Assembly: GCA_963738405.1 (NCBI GenBank)
Contig: CAVTWJ010000012.1
Span: forward strand, 1 to 64,000
Direction of reading: 5' to 3'
Length of the DNA: 64,000 bases
Origin: a candidate division FCPU426 bacterium
GTDB lineage: Bacteria > Oederibacteriota > Muellerivitia > Muellerivitales > Muellerivitaceae
Position numbers and translations under genes: made by a program. Positions 41,534 through 51,871 of the stretch are shown piece after piece. The notes beneath the pieces were generated by a model. The model was not told the DNA's origin, did not search any database, and saw only the letters and a program-made list of their open reading frames with translations. The number at the start of each line of letters is the position of its first letter. The stretch's first letter is position 1.

Positions 41534-42703
41534 ATGATGGCTTTTTCGTTTCGAACTCCCTCGGATCTCACTCCCAACCCTATTTCCAACCTGATCGATT
41601 CCCTTTCAGAAGAGAAATGGATCGATTTAACGGAGTCCAACCCAACCCACTGCGGCTTCAGCTACCCTCCAACCCTTTTAAAAGACCTTTCGGATCACCA
41701 AAATTTAAGTTATTCCCCCCATTCGGCGGGTATTCCAAGCGCCCGCGAGGCTGTAGCGGCCTATTTAAATGCCAGGGGGTTAACAACCAATGCGGACCGC
41801 ATCCTTTTGACTGCGAGTACCAGTGAAGCCTATTCCTATTTGTTTAAGCTCTTGGGCGAGCCGGGAGATTCCTTTTTGGTTCCGATTCCCGGCTATCCCC
41901 TTTTGGATCATCTCGCGCGTTTGGAATCGGTGCGGCCTATCCCCTATTCATTCAAATACGAGGATGGTTGGCCTCTGGATATAAAAGCTTTCCAAATGAC
42001 AATTAAAGAAAAACATAAAGCCCTAGTGAGTGTTAATCCTCAAAATCCAACGGGCGTCCCATTATCCGACCAGGATCTAGTGTGCGTCTTAAAAGCCTGC
42101 GCAGAGGGACAAATGGCGTTTATTTCGGATGAGGTTTTTTGGGACTTTTTAATCCCCGTCCGCCCATATCGGCGCTTTAACCACCCCGACGTTCTTTCCT
42201 TTCGGCTCGGTGGAATCTCCAAGTCTTTGGGCCTTCCCCAGTTAAAACTCGCCTGGATCGTTATCGACGGCCCGGAGAAATTGGTTTTGGAGGCCAAAGA
42301 ACGCCTCGAATTTATCGCAGATACCTATCTTTCGGTACAAACCCCCGTTCAAACAGCCTTACCCGGCTTGTTTCAATCGGCGGAATCTTTCCAAAGCCAA
42401 GTCCGAACCAGGATCAGTCAAAACAGAAAATGGTTGGAATCAAATCTGAGTGTTTTTCAGGAAAGGGTTCGTTTATGGCCCCTTGAGGGAGGGTGGTATA
42501 ACCTGGTTGAAATCAAGGATTCACCACTCACCGACGAGGAATGGACCTTAAATTTGTTGGAAAAAGAGAAGGTGTTGATCCACCCCGGGTCGTTTTATGA
42601 GTTTCAGGAAGGGTGCTTCGGCGTGATCAGCCTATTGCCGAAACCCAAGGATTTTGAGGAGGGTGTAACCCGTATCGCTCAAAATCTAACGACTATTTTA
42701 TGA
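41534..42703 (+). CDS. PLP-dependent aminotransferase, class I/II
   Basis: NPQNPTG, ISDEVF, GISKSLG. Confidence 0.92.
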   Translation: MMAFSFRTPSDLTPNPISNLIDSLSEEKWIDLTESNPTHCGFSYPPTLLKDLSDHQNLSYSPHSAGIPSAREAVAAYLNARGLTTNADRILLTASTSEAYSYLFKLLGEPGDSFLVPIPGYPLLDHLARLESVRPIPYSFKYEDGWPLDIKAFQMTIKEKHKALVSVNPQNPTGVPLSDQDLVCVLKACAEGQMAFISDEVFWDFLIPVRPYRRFNHPDVLSFRLGGISKSLGLPQLKLAWIVIDGPEKLVLEAKERLEFIADTYLSVQTPVQTALPGLFQSAESFQSQVRTRISQNRKWLESNLSVFQERVRLWPLEGGWYNLVEIKDSPLTDEEWTLNLLEKEKVLIHPGSFYEFQEGCFGVISLLPKPKDFEEGVTRIAQNLTTIL

Positions 42704-43402
42704 TTTAATTTCCGCCAGCTGTTGAGCGGCCTGTTTGCCCCAGTTGCTATCCGAATATTCCTTGGCGGTCAATTTCAACTCATCCAGCGCCTTATCTTTG
42801 TTTTGATTCTTAAGATAAGCCTCGGCCAGACGAAGGTGAATTTCAGGATTCAGGAAATTTTGAGGCTGGTCCTTTAGAAAGGTTTCAAGCAAAGTGATAG
42901 CTTGGGGCCATTGGCTTTGGGCTTCAAGACAAAGAACCTTCCCCAAATAGGCCTCATCCCCCAACGGGGTACCTTTGAGGGATTGGGTAGCAACATCAAA
43001 GCTGGCATAGGATTGGGGATATTGACCCATAAATAACTGGCATTTCGCCTCGAAAAACTGAGCCACTTTCGCTGATTTGGTTCCCGCGAAATCGGTCGTG
43101 ATGCGGTGAAAGGAATCGAGGGCTTGCTTGTATTTATCACTATCCGATTTAAAAGGACCGTTTTTTGGGTCCACTTGGGCTTGTAGGTAATATTGCGCTA
43201 GATTCAATCCGTTCTGGGCGTCTTTCTCGCTTTGTTCCCTGCTTTGAAGAACATAGGGGATGCCGATCACCAGCAATAGAATCAAAATTCCTCCCACAAA
43301 AACAATTTCTTGATGCGTTTTCGCCCACCCCAAAAGCTTTTGAGTGGTGTTTTCGCTTGAGTGATGGTGAGTGCCGGGCACCGGATGAATAGCTTGTGTC
43401 AT
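42698..43402 (-). CDS. Single-TM TPR protein (YfgM-like)
   Basis: N-terminal TM followed by TPR helices. Confidence 0.8.
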   Translation of the reverse strand: MTQAIHPVPGTHHHSSENTTQKLLGWAKTHQEIVFVGGILILLLVIGIPYVLQSREQSEKDAQNGLNLAQYYLQAQVDPKNGPFKSDSDKYKQALDSFHRITTDFAGTKSAKVAQFFEAKCQLFMGQYPQSYASFDVATQSLKGTPLGDEAYLGKVLCLEAQSQWPQAITLLETFLKDQPQNFLNPEIHLRLAEAYLKNQNKDKALDELKLTAKEYSDSNWGKQAAQQLAEIKS

Positions 43403-43440
43403 ATTGAAAAATCCTTTTCACAATAGTCTTTAAAAGCGAA

Positions 43441-43460
43441 GCCTTCCCTGTCGGGAAGGC
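43441..43460 (-). terminator. Hairpin downstream of tRNA-Arg
   Basis: GCCTTCCC-TGTC-GGGAAGGC, with an interrupted T tract on the - strand. Confidence 0.6.
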
Positions 43461-43469
43461 CCCATGAGG

Positions 43470-43546
43470 TGGTACCCTCGACGCGAATCGAACGCGTGAC
43501 CTACCCTTTAGGAAAGGGTCGCTCTATCCAACTGAGCTACGAGGGC
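43470..43546 (-). tRNA. tRNA-Arg(CCT)
   Basis: GCCCTCGTAGCTCAG...anticodon loop TTCCTAA...GTTCGATTC...ACCA. Confidence 0.96.
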
Positions 43547-43579
43547 CCTTCGAAGCAAAAGGGTTTAAAAGCTGAAAAA

Positions 43580-44092
43580 TTAGTAGTGAATTATAGAAAA
43601 AACGGGTGTTGTTTTCAATTTATCCCGGCCCTTCAGAAACTCAAGTTCAATCAAAAAACTGGCTTCAACCACTTGTCCGCCGGCCCTCTCCACTAAACGA
43701 ATCGCTGCGGCGGCCGTTCCGCCAGTGGCTAACACATCGTCCAAAACAACCACCTTCTCCCCAGCTTTAAAGGCATCCTGGTGGATTTGAAGGGTGTCCT
43801 GCCCATATTCCAGGTCGTAGGTTTCGCTGTAGGTTTTCCAGGGGAGTTTTCCGGGTTTCCTTACCGGAACAAACCCAGCGCCCATTCGGCTGGCCAAGGC
43901 CGCGCCAAAAATAAAACCCCTAGATTCCATGGCTACTACTGCGCTAATACCAATTTTTTTGTAGCGTTCTGTCCATTGGTCCAAAACAAAATTCAACGCG
44001 GAGGAATCTTTTAATAAGGGGGTGATGTCTTTAAAAGTGATGCCTGGTTTTGGAAAGTCAGGAACATCGCGGATAAAAGATTTTAAATCCAT
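43580..44092 (-). CDS. apt: Adenine phosphoribosyltransferase
   Basis: DFPKPGITFKDITP, ESRGF, RKPGKLP, DDVLATGGT. Confidence 0.98.
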   Translation of the reverse strand: MDLKSFIRDVPDFPKPGITFKDITPLLKDSSALNFVLDQWTERYKKIGISAVVAMESRGFIFGAALASRMGAGFVPVRKPGKLPWKTYSETYDLEYGQDTLQIHQDAFKAGEKVVVLDDVLATGGTAAAAIRLVERAGGQVVEASFLIELEFLKGRDKLKTTPVFSIIHY

Positions 44093-44165
44093 GGACCCTC
44101 CAGGGCCTTGGGATCAGCGTCTATAAAAAGTTGTAGTGAATGCTTTTGATTAACGGAGGGTTATC

Positions 44166-45122
44166 TTACACAAATTCATTGAGGAGTTCATGGTATTCTT
44201 GCTGGCGAGATCTGATCAAAGAACGAATTTTCTGAAGGGCCTTTTCCTCGATTTGGCGGATTCTTTCCCGGGTCACACCCAAAAACTGACCGGTTTGCTC
44301 CAAGGTATGGCATTGGTCCAAATCAAACCCAAAGCGCATTTCAATGACCTTTTGTTCCTTTTCCGACAAGTGATGAATTAGTTTTTTTAATTTTTCAGTG
44401 CGTAATTGATCAAAAACGGTTTCAGCCGGGTTGGCGGACGTTTTGTCCTCGATAAAATCGCCGAAGGATTTGGCCTGGGAGTCATCCCCAAGCGGGCGTT
44501 CCAGAGAGACGTCTTTTTGGGCTAACCGGTGTAGTTTGTGAATTTTTTCAAACTTAATTTTCGCGGCTTTTGATAATTCCAACAGGCTGGGGTCACGGCC
44601 CAGTTTGCGGGTGAGATTCCGGCTGATCCGCTCAACCCTGCTGATATCCTCAGAAACATGAACCGGAACCCGGACGGTCCTGGAGTAATTTGAAAGGGAT
44701 CTGGTGATCGACTGGCGGATCCACCAAGTCGCATAGGTGCTAAATTTAAACCCCCGCCGCCAGGAAAACTTTTCGCTGGCCTTAATCAATCCCAGGTTGC
44801 CCTCTTCAATTAAATCCTGAAAGCTGAGCCCCTGATACATGTATTTTTTGGCGACCTTGATCACTAGGCGCAAATTGGCGGCGATAAGGATTTGTTTGGC
44901 CTTTTCCTCGCCCTTTTCAATTCGTTGGGCTAAATCAACTTCTTCTTTTCCGGTCAGGAGGGGAATTTTGGATATCTCGCGGAAATACAGTTTTAAACTG
45001 TCAGTGGTGACCCGCTCGGCTGTTTTCGGAAACCGTTTAGTGGCGATGGATACCAACTGGGTAACTTGGTCGTTTCCGACCTGTGGTTTAGATGCCAATT
45101 GGATGCCCAAACGTTTGGCCAT
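44166..45122 (-). CDS. Group 2 sigma-70 factor, RpoS-like (no region 1.1)
   Basis: [37 protein letters not shown]. Confidence 0.92.
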   Translation of the reverse strand: MAKRLGIQLASKPQVGNDQVTQLVSIATKRFPKTAERVTTDSLKLYFREISKIPLLTGKEEVDLAQRIEKGEEKAKQILIAANLRLVIKVAKKYMYQGLSFQDLIEEGNLGLIKASEKFSWRRGFKFSTYATWWIRQSITRSLSNYSRTVRVPVHVSEDISRVERISRNLTRKLGRDPSLLELSKAAKIKFEKIHKLHRLAQKDVSLERPLGDDSQAKSFGDFIEDKTSANPAETVFDQLRTEKLKKLIHHLSEKEQKVIEMRFGFDLDQCHTLEQTGQFLGVTRERIRQIEEKALQKIRSLIRSRQQEYHELLNEFV

Positions 45123-45123
45123 T

Positions 45124-45399
45124 TCAGTACCTAATCGTGAAATCGGAGTATGCTTCCCTCTCTGAAAGCCACTGGAAAGCGAAGGAGTGAACCCTGCTCC
45201 CCAAGGGACCTTCTTTTAAAACTTGCATAAACTGTTCCAAATCCGATTCAGGCCCAAAAGCCAAAACTTCCACATTGCCATCGGGAAGATTTCGAACCCA
45301 GCCCGTCAAACCCCGCGCATCCGCATGATTTTTGGTGAAGTATCTAAACCCCACTCCCTGTACTTTCCCTGAAACAGTAATGGTTATGCCTTTGACCAT
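45124..45399 (-). CDS. acyP: Acylphosphatase
   Basis: [18 protein letters not shown]. Confidence 0.95.
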   Translation of the reverse strand: MVKGITITVSGKVQGVGFRYFTKNHADARGLTGWVRNLPDGNVEVLAFGPESDLEQFMQVLKEGPLGSRVHSFAFQWLSEREAYSDFTIRY

Positions 45400-45523
45400 T
45401 GATGCCTCAATGTTTTTGTCAGTTTTTTGAATAAATAAAATAAATTTGACGTATTAGGCCAAAAAAGCGCTATTTAGAGCGATGCCCAATATTTTTGAGT
45501 TTTATGGAATTTACAAGAAAAAA

Positions 45524-45600
45524 TGGTCGGGGCGGCAGGATTTGAACCTGCGACCTTTTGCACCCCATGCAACTGCGCTACCGAGCTGCGCCACGCCCCG
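45524..45600 (-). tRNA. tRNA-Pro(GGG)
   Basis: CGGGGCGTGGCGCAG...ATGGGGT loop...GTTCAAATC...CCA. Confidence 0.96.
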
Positions 45601-45658
45601 ATTTTCCGACCATTAGGAAGGTTGTACATCACTTTTAGGCACTAAAGACAGGCTATCC

Positions 45659-45735
<77 letters not shown>

Positions 45736-45873
45736 TCCAAAGATACCCGGCCAGGTTTGTCCCAGCCATCCGCCTCTCCTTTATTTAAAAGAAAGGCCGA
45801 AAAGGAAACACACTATAAGCCAAAAAGGATGGCGCTTCAAGAACAACAAAAAGGGTTATGTTTTAATGCTTTC

Positions 45874-46347
45874 CTAAGCCAAATTATATTTTTTAAGGAT
45901 TCTTTGAATATCCCTTAACAAAGCTTGAAACTCTAAACCTTTTTCACGCTTGATGGGTTTGGTGGTTAGGGGCTTTTTCTCTTGCGGTATTCCCCTCCCT
46001 CTTGATTCTTGAGCGTTTGAAGCAGGAACTGGTTCCTTTTGGGATGGTGTAGAAATGGTTCCCGATACAGGCAAGGCATTAAAACCTGTCTTTTCAAGTT
46101 CTTCTAATTTTTGTTTCGCTCCGGCAATGGTGTACTTTTCATCATATAAAAGGTTTTTTATTGTTTTTAAAACAAGAAGGTCTTTAGGTCGGTAGACCCT
46201 TTGGCCTGTTTCGGATTTTTGGGGCTTCAACTGGTGAAATTCGGTTTCCCAGTAGCGCAAAACATAGGGCTTCACATTTATTTCTTGAGAAGCTTCTCCT
46301 ATGGTAAAAAAAAGTTTCTCTTCGCCCATTTTTTCTCCGGGTAACAC
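45874..46347 (-). CDS. MerR-family HTH regulator (ihfA-linked type)
   Basis: FTIGE...YVLRYWETEF..LKP...QRVY...YTIAGA. Confidence 0.9.
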   Translation of the reverse strand: MLPGEKMGEEKLFFTIGEASQEINVKPYVLRYWETEFHQLKPQKSETGQRVYRPKDLLVLKTIKNLLYDEKYTIAGAKQKLEELEKTGFNALPVSGTISTPSQKEPVPASNAQESRGRGIPQEKKPLTTKPIKREKGLEFQALLRDIQRILKKYNLA

Positions 46348-46650
46348 TTAACTTAACTTCGCGCTTTTGAACCTGCTTTTAAGCGATGGCGCCGGGGTAA
46401 ATGACAATGTTTTGCGTTTATTTAAATAGATAACCTTACCCGTTTTTGGGTTTCTGGTTTTTCTCGACAGCCGGGTTTTCCATTGCCAAGAACCTAATCC
46501 AACTATAGTTACTTTTTCTTCCCGCTTCAAGCCATCCAAAATAGTGTCAAAAAATGTCTCCAGAGCCGTTTGAGCTTGATTTTTCTTAAGGCCCAATGAC
46601 ATTAAAGATTTTAAAAACTGATCTCTTTTTAATGGATATTTAGGACTCAT
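46348..46650 (-). CDS. IHF/HU-family DNA-binding protein
   Basis: GLGSW, RNPKTG, FTP. Confidence 0.85.
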   Translation of the reverse strand: MSPKYPLKRDQFLKSLMSLGLKKNQAQTALETFFDTILDGLKREEKVTIVGLGSWQWKTRLSRKTRNPKTGKVIYLNKRKTLSFTPAPSLKSRFKSAKLS

Positions 46651-47656
46651 GTTCTGGTTTCGGCGACCGGTTTAAGAGACTCTTAACCGCGTCGGATGGT
46701 TTTTTACCTTCAAACATGACGTTATAAACTTCCTGGGTGATGGGTATTTCAACCCCCACCGTTAAAGCCAGGTCGAGGGCGGCCTTTGCCGTATTCATCC
46801 CCTCCGCCACCATAGTCATTTCTTTCAAAGCCTGCTCCAGGCTCTTCCCCTGCCCGATTTTTTCGCCCAATAGCCGGTTTCGGCTGTGGCGGCTGATACA
46901 AGTCACCATCAAGTCGCCAATTCCGGCAAGCCCGGCGAATGTCTGGGGGTTTGCGCCGAGGGCTACCCCTAAGCGGGTCATTTCATAGAGGCCCCGGGTC
47001 ATCAGAGCCGCTTTGGTGTTATCGCCAAGGCCTAGTCCATCTAGTATCCCCGCGGCGATTGCGATCACGTTTTTCAGTGAAGCCCCTAGTTCGACCCCTA
47101 ACAAATCGGGAGAGGTATAAACCCTAAAAAAATCAGCATGAAAGACGGATTGAATCTTTTCGGCCAGCGCAAGGTCATAAGAAGCTGCCACAACCGTGGT
47201 CGGCATCTTTCGCGCGACTTCCTCCGCGTGACTTGGGCCGGATAGGACTCCAATAGGGGTTCCGGGGGGCAAGCTCTGGCTTAATACCTCGGATAAACGC
47301 AGGTGGGTTTTGGGTTCCAGGCCCTTACTCACGCAGACAATCCAGCTTTTGGGGTTCAAAAAAGGTTTCGCCGTTAAGGCTGTCGAGCGTATGGCGCTGG
47401 AAGGTACCGCCATCACCACCCCTGCTGCCTCTTTTAAACAAGTTTCAATGGAGTTTGAAACCACGACCTCTTTTGGCAAATGCGCTTCTGGAATAAGGGG
47501 GTTGGTCCTTTTTTCACTCATTTCTTTGGCCTGTTGGGGATCAAAAGACCATAAATAAACCTGATGTCCATTAGCTTGTAGATGACAAGCCAAGGCGGTT
47601 CCCCAACTTCCAGCGCCTAAGATGCACATTTTCAAGTTATTTGCCCTTTTTTCCAA
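46640..47656 (-). CDS. gpsA: NAD(P)H-dependent glycerol-3-phosphate dehydrogenase
   Basis: GAGSWGTALA, SGPSHAEE, LKNVIAIA, GDL..TC.S.HSRN; the start may lie a few codons downstream. Confidence 0.97.
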   Translation of the reverse strand: MEKRANNLKMCILGAGSWGTALACHLQANGHQVYLWSFDPQQAKEMSEKRTNPLIPEAHLPKEVVVSNSIETCLKEAAGVVMAVPSSAIRSTALTAKPFLNPKSWIVCVSKGLEPKTHLRLSEVLSQSLPPGTPIGVLSGPSHAEEVARKMPTTVVAASYDLALAEKIQSVFHADFFRVYTSPDLLGVELGASLKNVIAIAAGILDGLGLGDNTKAALMTRGLYEMTRLGVALGANPQTFAGLAGIGDLMVTCISRHSRNRLLGEKIGQGKSLEQALKEMTMVAEGMNTAKAALDLALTVGVEIPITQEVYNVMFEGKKPSDAVKSLLNRSPKPEHES

Positions 47657-48242
47657 AACTAATCGTGTTTTCCTTGCCTTGGGCGATCCGCTTCAAGTTG
47701 GCCCGGTGGGTATACCAAACCATCGCCACCGCAAAGACCGCCAAGAGGATGGACCAATGCTCTGATTGATTAAAAACGAAACTTACAGCCGCCATGGTGG
47801 TAACACCTGTCAAGCTTCCGACCGAAATCATCTTCCAAGCCGAGAGGGCAACCACAAATACGGCCATACCAATCATGCTTGGTATAGGTAAAAGAGTAAA
47901 AAATACGCCCACGCTTACGCCAATTCCCTTCCCGCCCTTGAATTTTAAGAAAGCTGAAAAAACATTCCCCAAGAGAACCAACAGCCCGGCCGCTGCGGGC
48001 AGCCAGTCGAATTGCTGAAAATGTTGGGCCGTTTTGACGGCGATCACGCCCTTGGTAATATCCAGGGCCAAGGTTACGATTCCCCATGGCGCGCCAGCCA
48101 CCCTCCACACATTGGTCATCCCGATATTTCCACTGCCCTTGGCGCGGATGTCATAGCCCTTGAAGGCTTTAATGAGCCAATAGCCTGTTGGAATGGATCC
48201 CAGCAAGTAAACGCCGATCAAAATCAGGATTGCGTAGATCAT
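47637..48242 (-). CDS. plsY: Glycerol-3-phosphate acyltransferase PlsY
   Basis: YLLGSIP, GSGNIGMTNV.R, FKGGKG, HRAN. Confidence 0.96.
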   Translation of the reverse strand: MIYAILILIGVYLLGSIPTGYWLIKAFKGYDIRAKGSGNIGMTNVWRVAGAPWGIVTLALDITKGVIAVKTAQHFQQFDWLPAAAGLLVLLGNVFSAFLKFKGGKGIGVSVGVFFTLLPIPSMIGMAVFVVALSAWKMISVGSLTGVTTMAAVSFVFNQSEHWSILLAVFAVAMVWYTHRANLKRIAQGKENTISFGKKGK

Positions 48243-49702
48243 TTTGTTTTTTTCCTCGTTTTCTTTTTAGCGCTCATATAGGCGTCTTTCTTGACTTTGT
48301 TTTTGGCCCGGTCCTTCCTTAATTTAATGTTGGGGTCGAAATTCCGTCTGTAACTAGGACGGCTAAAGGGATTTTCCTCAACCTTTTCTTTAAGAACAAG
48401 GTGTAAGGGAGACCTTTCAAAACCAAGGCTTTTCCTCAGCTCATCTTCCAAGAAGCGCATATAGGCCGGGGCCATGCTATCGGCGTGACGGGCGAAGATT
48501 TCAATGGCGGGCGGATGGCCCTTGCGCTGATAGCCATAGAGTATTTTTACCTGATTGCCCTTGCGGTAGGGCGGGCCCTGCTTTGAAAGGGCGTCCTGAA
48601 GGGCCTGGTTTACCCTTGAGGTGGGTATTTCCTGGCAGCTTTCTTCAAATACCGACTTGGCCAAGGGCAATACCTTTTCCAACCCCATCCCGGTTTTGGC
48701 TGAAATAAACAATACCGGGGCGAAGTACAAAAGTCTTAATTCCCTCTTGGTGATCCTCTCAGCCCTGGCCTGTTCCGCCGCGGGGGGGTGGATATCCCAC
48801 TTGTTGATCAAAATCACGGTGGGCCGGAAAGCCTCATCAATAATTCTGCTAATGGTGACATCCTGGTGGGTAATTCCCTTTTCGCCGTCCACCAGCATTA
48901 CCGCCACCTGGCAGGTCTGAAGCTCAAAAAGGGCCTGTTCCACGCTCATTTTTTCAATCCGGCTGTCCTGCTGCTTGGAAAGCCTTATGCCCGCTGTGTC
49001 CACCATGGTCAGTGCCGAATCGGCTGTTTCGATGATGACCGGAATGGCGTCATGGGTGGTGCCGGGCATGTCATCCACAATCAGCCTTTTTTCGCCCAAC
49101 AGGGCGTTCACTAGCGAGGATTTGCCCACATTGGGCTTGCCCAATACGGCCAGCCGCATCAGGCGGGGGGGCCCTTCGGCCCATTCCTTTGGCTTTTCAT
49201 CCATTGGAATGCTTAGAATTAATTCGTCCAAAAAGTCGTCGATGCCGATTCCGTGAAGTGCCGAAATGGGGAAAACATGCTTAAACCCCACCTTGGTGAA
49301 ATCCGAAACCATTTCATCGCTCTTATCGTATTCATCCACTTTATTCACGATCAGCCAAGGCTGAACGTTTTTGGTCCGCAAATACCGAATGACGGTTTGG
49401 TCCGAAACGGTCAAACCCTCCATCGCGTCCACCACCATCACCAAAACGGGCACTTTTTTTATTTTTTCATCGAGCATTTGCCCGACTTTATTTGCGATCG
49501 ATTCTTTATCGCCCGGCACCCAGCCTCCGGAATCGGTTAAAAGAAATGTCACGCCTTGCCATTCCACCTCGTGGCTCTTGAAATCACGGGTAGAACCGGG
49601 CTGGCTGTCCACCAAGGCCAGGTTTTTACCGACGAGGCGGTTGAAAAGGGTGGATTTCCCCACGTTCGGACGGCCGATAATTAAAACTTCAGCTTGGGAC
49701 AT
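48239..49702 (-). CDS. der: Ribosome biogenesis GTPase Der
   Basis: Two P-loops (GRPNVGKS, GKPNVGKS), NKVD/NKWD, KH-like C-terminus. Confidence 0.96.
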   Translation of the reverse strand: MSQAEVLIIGRPNVGKSTLFNRLVGKNLALVDSQPGSTRDFKSHEVEWQGVTFLLTDSGGWVPGDKESIANKVGQMLDEKIKKVPVLVMVVDAMEGLTVSDQTVIRYLRTKNVQPWLIVNKVDEYDKSDEMVSDFTKVGFKHVFPISALHGIGIDDFLDELILSIPMDEKPKEWAEGPPRLMRLAVLGKPNVGKSSLVNALLGEKRLIVDDMPGTTHDAIPVIIETADSALTMVDTAGIRLSKQQDSRIEKMSVEQALFELQTCQVAVMLVDGEKGITHQDVTISRIIDEAFRPTVILINKWDIHPPAAEQARAERITKRELRLLYFAPVLFISAKTGMGLEKVLPLAKSVFEESCQEIPTSRVNQALQDALSKQGPPYRKGNQVKILYGYQRKGHPPAIEIFARHADSMAPAYMRFLEDELRKSLGFERSPLHLVLKEKVEENPFSRPSYRRNFDPNIKLRKDRAKNKVKKDAYMSAKKKTRKKTK

Positions 49703-49713
49703 GTTTCCTCAAA

Positions 49714-50244
49714 TCATTTCATTACGGCAAAATTGCTCAGGGGAAGATGGGTGATCTTTCCGGTTTTATCATCGACGATCTGCGTTTGATAGTAATAAAG
49801 ACCTTCAGGCACTTCTTTAAGGTTCCACAGGATATCAAAAACCTTCTCCCCCTCCTTTTCTATTTTGGCGAAGCCTTCCAGATTATGGTTGTAGATCCTG
49901 ATCCGAACCAAGGATTTGGCGGGTGCCATCACCCGAAAAGACACTTTATCGCCGTAAGCCGGGTTGGGAATCACGGTGACATCGGCTTTGGTGATCTTTG
50001 AGGAAAGGTCAAATTGAAAGGTATCCACCGGCGTAGGGGTGCGGGCGGCCTTAGGGGTTGGGGTTTCCGTGACCGTAGGCGTTAAGGTTTGATCAAGGGC
50101 CTTAGCTTGTGGGGCCTGCAATGAAATGAACAAGAAAATGATATAGGAGATTTTTGTTAAACACTTTTGGGCCGCTGTCAGAATCAAATGACAGGGTTTT
50201 CTTGGTGTCTTGGAGTCTTGGTGGTGAAAAATCCTTATCATCAC
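49714..50244 (-). CDS. Small secreted protein consisting of a T/P linker and a sorting-type Ig-like C-terminal domain
   Basis: Hydrophobic stretch ending AKA; TPT linker; IPNP...IRIYN...WN...GLYYY; start uncertain. Confidence 0.7.
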   Translation of the reverse strand: MMIRIFHHQDSKTPRKPCHLILTAAQKCLTKISYIIFLFISLQAPQAKALDQTLTPTVTETPTPKAARTPTPVDTFQFDLSSKITKADVTVIPNPAYGDKVSFRVMAPAKSLVRIRIYNHNLEGFAKIEKEGEKVFDILWNLKEVPEGLYYYQTQIVDDKTGKITHLPLSNFAVMK

Positions 50245-51179
50245 CCGGTAACCTTCACCATTGCGGCGAGGGTTTTCATGTCTTCCACGTTGGAACTGCG
50301 GGTATCCACGTCGATTTTTTTAACCATAGAGGTATAAACCCTTCCCGGGCCCACCTCGACCCAAGTGCGAAACCCCCTCAATATAACAGCTTTTACCGAC
50401 TCCACCCATTGAACGGGGCTGGAAAGCTGCTTCACCAAAACGGCTCGAACCGCCTCGGGGGTCGATACCATTTCCCCGCCCCGGCAATGGTGAAAGCTGA
50501 TCTTGGGGTTCTTCAGCGCGGTTCCGGCCAAACACTCGTCCAACAGTTTCTCAATAGGTTCTTCCAGCTCCTGGGCCAAGGGCGTAAAGACCGGCCCCCG
50601 ATCCAGTTGAAGGTTGGTTTTGACCTGTTTCACGCCCTGAAGCTCCGCTTGAAGGGATTTCACAGCTTCCCCCGGCCCCCAAACGATAAAGGTTTCGGGC
50701 GAGAGAAAATGGGTAAGGATTAGTTCCCCCTCTTCCCTTTGAAGCAGGGGGGTTAGTTGTTCTTGGGTGATTCCGGTTAAGGATAAAGAATGGCCGCCGT
50801 GCTTTTGGGCGAAGGTTAATAACAGTTCAGCCCTCTTGGCCACAAATTGCACCGCGTTGGCAAAGGGAATGGATTCGGCAACCACCAAAGCGGCAATTTC
50901 TCCCAACCCCACTCCAGTCAATGCCTCGGGTTTGCGCCGATTGGGCACCAGGGGCTCGTAAAAAGCCACATCGTTTAAGAAGGTTGCCAAATGGGCGTTG
51001 AAAAGTTTGTCCTGTTCTTCCTTGGGCCCGAGAAAGCAGACCTTGGCAATTTTCGAGTTTAGAAGTTTCTCGGTGTCATCGTAAAATTTCCGGGCGCCGA
51101 GGGATTTGGCGTAAAAATCCTTCCCCATCCCCACGTATTGGGAACCCTCGTTTGGAAACACCACCGCGATGCGGGCCAT
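50241..51179 (-). CDS. FabD-like malonyltransferase homologue lacking catalytic residues
   Basis: FPNEGSQYVGMG, PVQW, VEVGPG; GHSLGE replaced by GVGLGE. Confidence 0.85.
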   Translation of the reverse strand: MARIAVVFPNEGSQYVGMGKDFYAKSLGARKFYDDTEKLLNSKIAKVCFLGPKEEQDKLFNAHLATFLNDVAFYEPLVPNRRKPEALTGVGLGEIAALVVAESIPFANAVQFVAKRAELLLTFAQKHGGHSLSLTGITQEQLTPLLQREEGELILTHFLSPETFIVWGPGEAVKSLQAELQGVKQVKTNLQLDRGPVFTPLAQELEEPIEKLLDECLAGTALKNPKISFHHCRGGEMVSTPEAVRAVLVKQLSSPVQWVESVKAVILRGFRTWVEVGPGRVYTSMVKKIDVDTRSSNVEDMKTLAAMVKVTG

Positions 51180-51220
51180 GAAAACCCCAGTTGAAAAATA
51201 TTGTGGATCTTAAACCAGCC

Positions 51221-51751
51221 TCAATAGGGGCGGTTCCAGCCCTTGTTCATAAAGTAATGGGTGGGACAGATATATTTGAAAAGGTCGTAAACCTTGTCCG
51301 CCTTGGTGACCCAGACCTCTTCTTTATTTAGGTCTTGTTTCATTTGTTTCCCGAACATGGCGTTGAAATAGTCGTCCGTGGCCTTGGCCTTTTCGGCTTC
51401 GGAATGAAACTGTTCGCGAATCTTCAGCAGTTCGCCCATATAGAGGAAATAACCTCCGCATTCGGGGCATTCGTTGATCAAAACTTCCCTTTTCACGCTG
51501 AAGAAATGCCGCATCATGACGATCTTGTCGGGACATTGGGGGCAGTGAAGGGGTTGGTTGACGTCAATCTTGATATTGGCCTTGTTTTGAAGCTGTGTCA
51601 GTATTTCCCCGTCGTACTCATCCGGCATGTCGATCTTGTCCAATTGGAAATGGTTGATCCATAATCCGCCGCACCCGTTTTGGCAGGCGTGCACGAGGAT
51701 GCTTCCGGCTTTTACTTCCGACAGGGCGTTCCCGCAGACGGGGCATTTCAT
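51221..51751 (-). CDS. Tandem zf-TFIIB-like zinc-ribbon protein
   Basis: MKCPVC...CQNGCGGLW and CPQC...ECPECGGYF..GEL. Confidence 0.85.
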   Translation of the reverse strand: MKCPVCGNALSEVKAGSILVHACQNGCGGLWINHFQLDKIDMPDEYDGEILTQLQNKANIKIDVNQPLHCPQCPDKIVMMRHFFSVKREVLINECPECGGYFLYMGELLKIREQFHSEAEKAKATDDYFNAMFGKQMKQDLNKEEVWVTKADKVYDLFKYICPTHYFMNKGWNRPY

Positions 51752-51871
51752 ATCGCTTCCTTTCCAAACCTATCGTTTCGACAAAGCTTTCAATCGGGGG
51801 TTAGTTTAACACAGCTCCTAAAAATGGGCGCTGGTTGAAGGCCTTCCCATTTCTTCATAAACCCTTCAATA

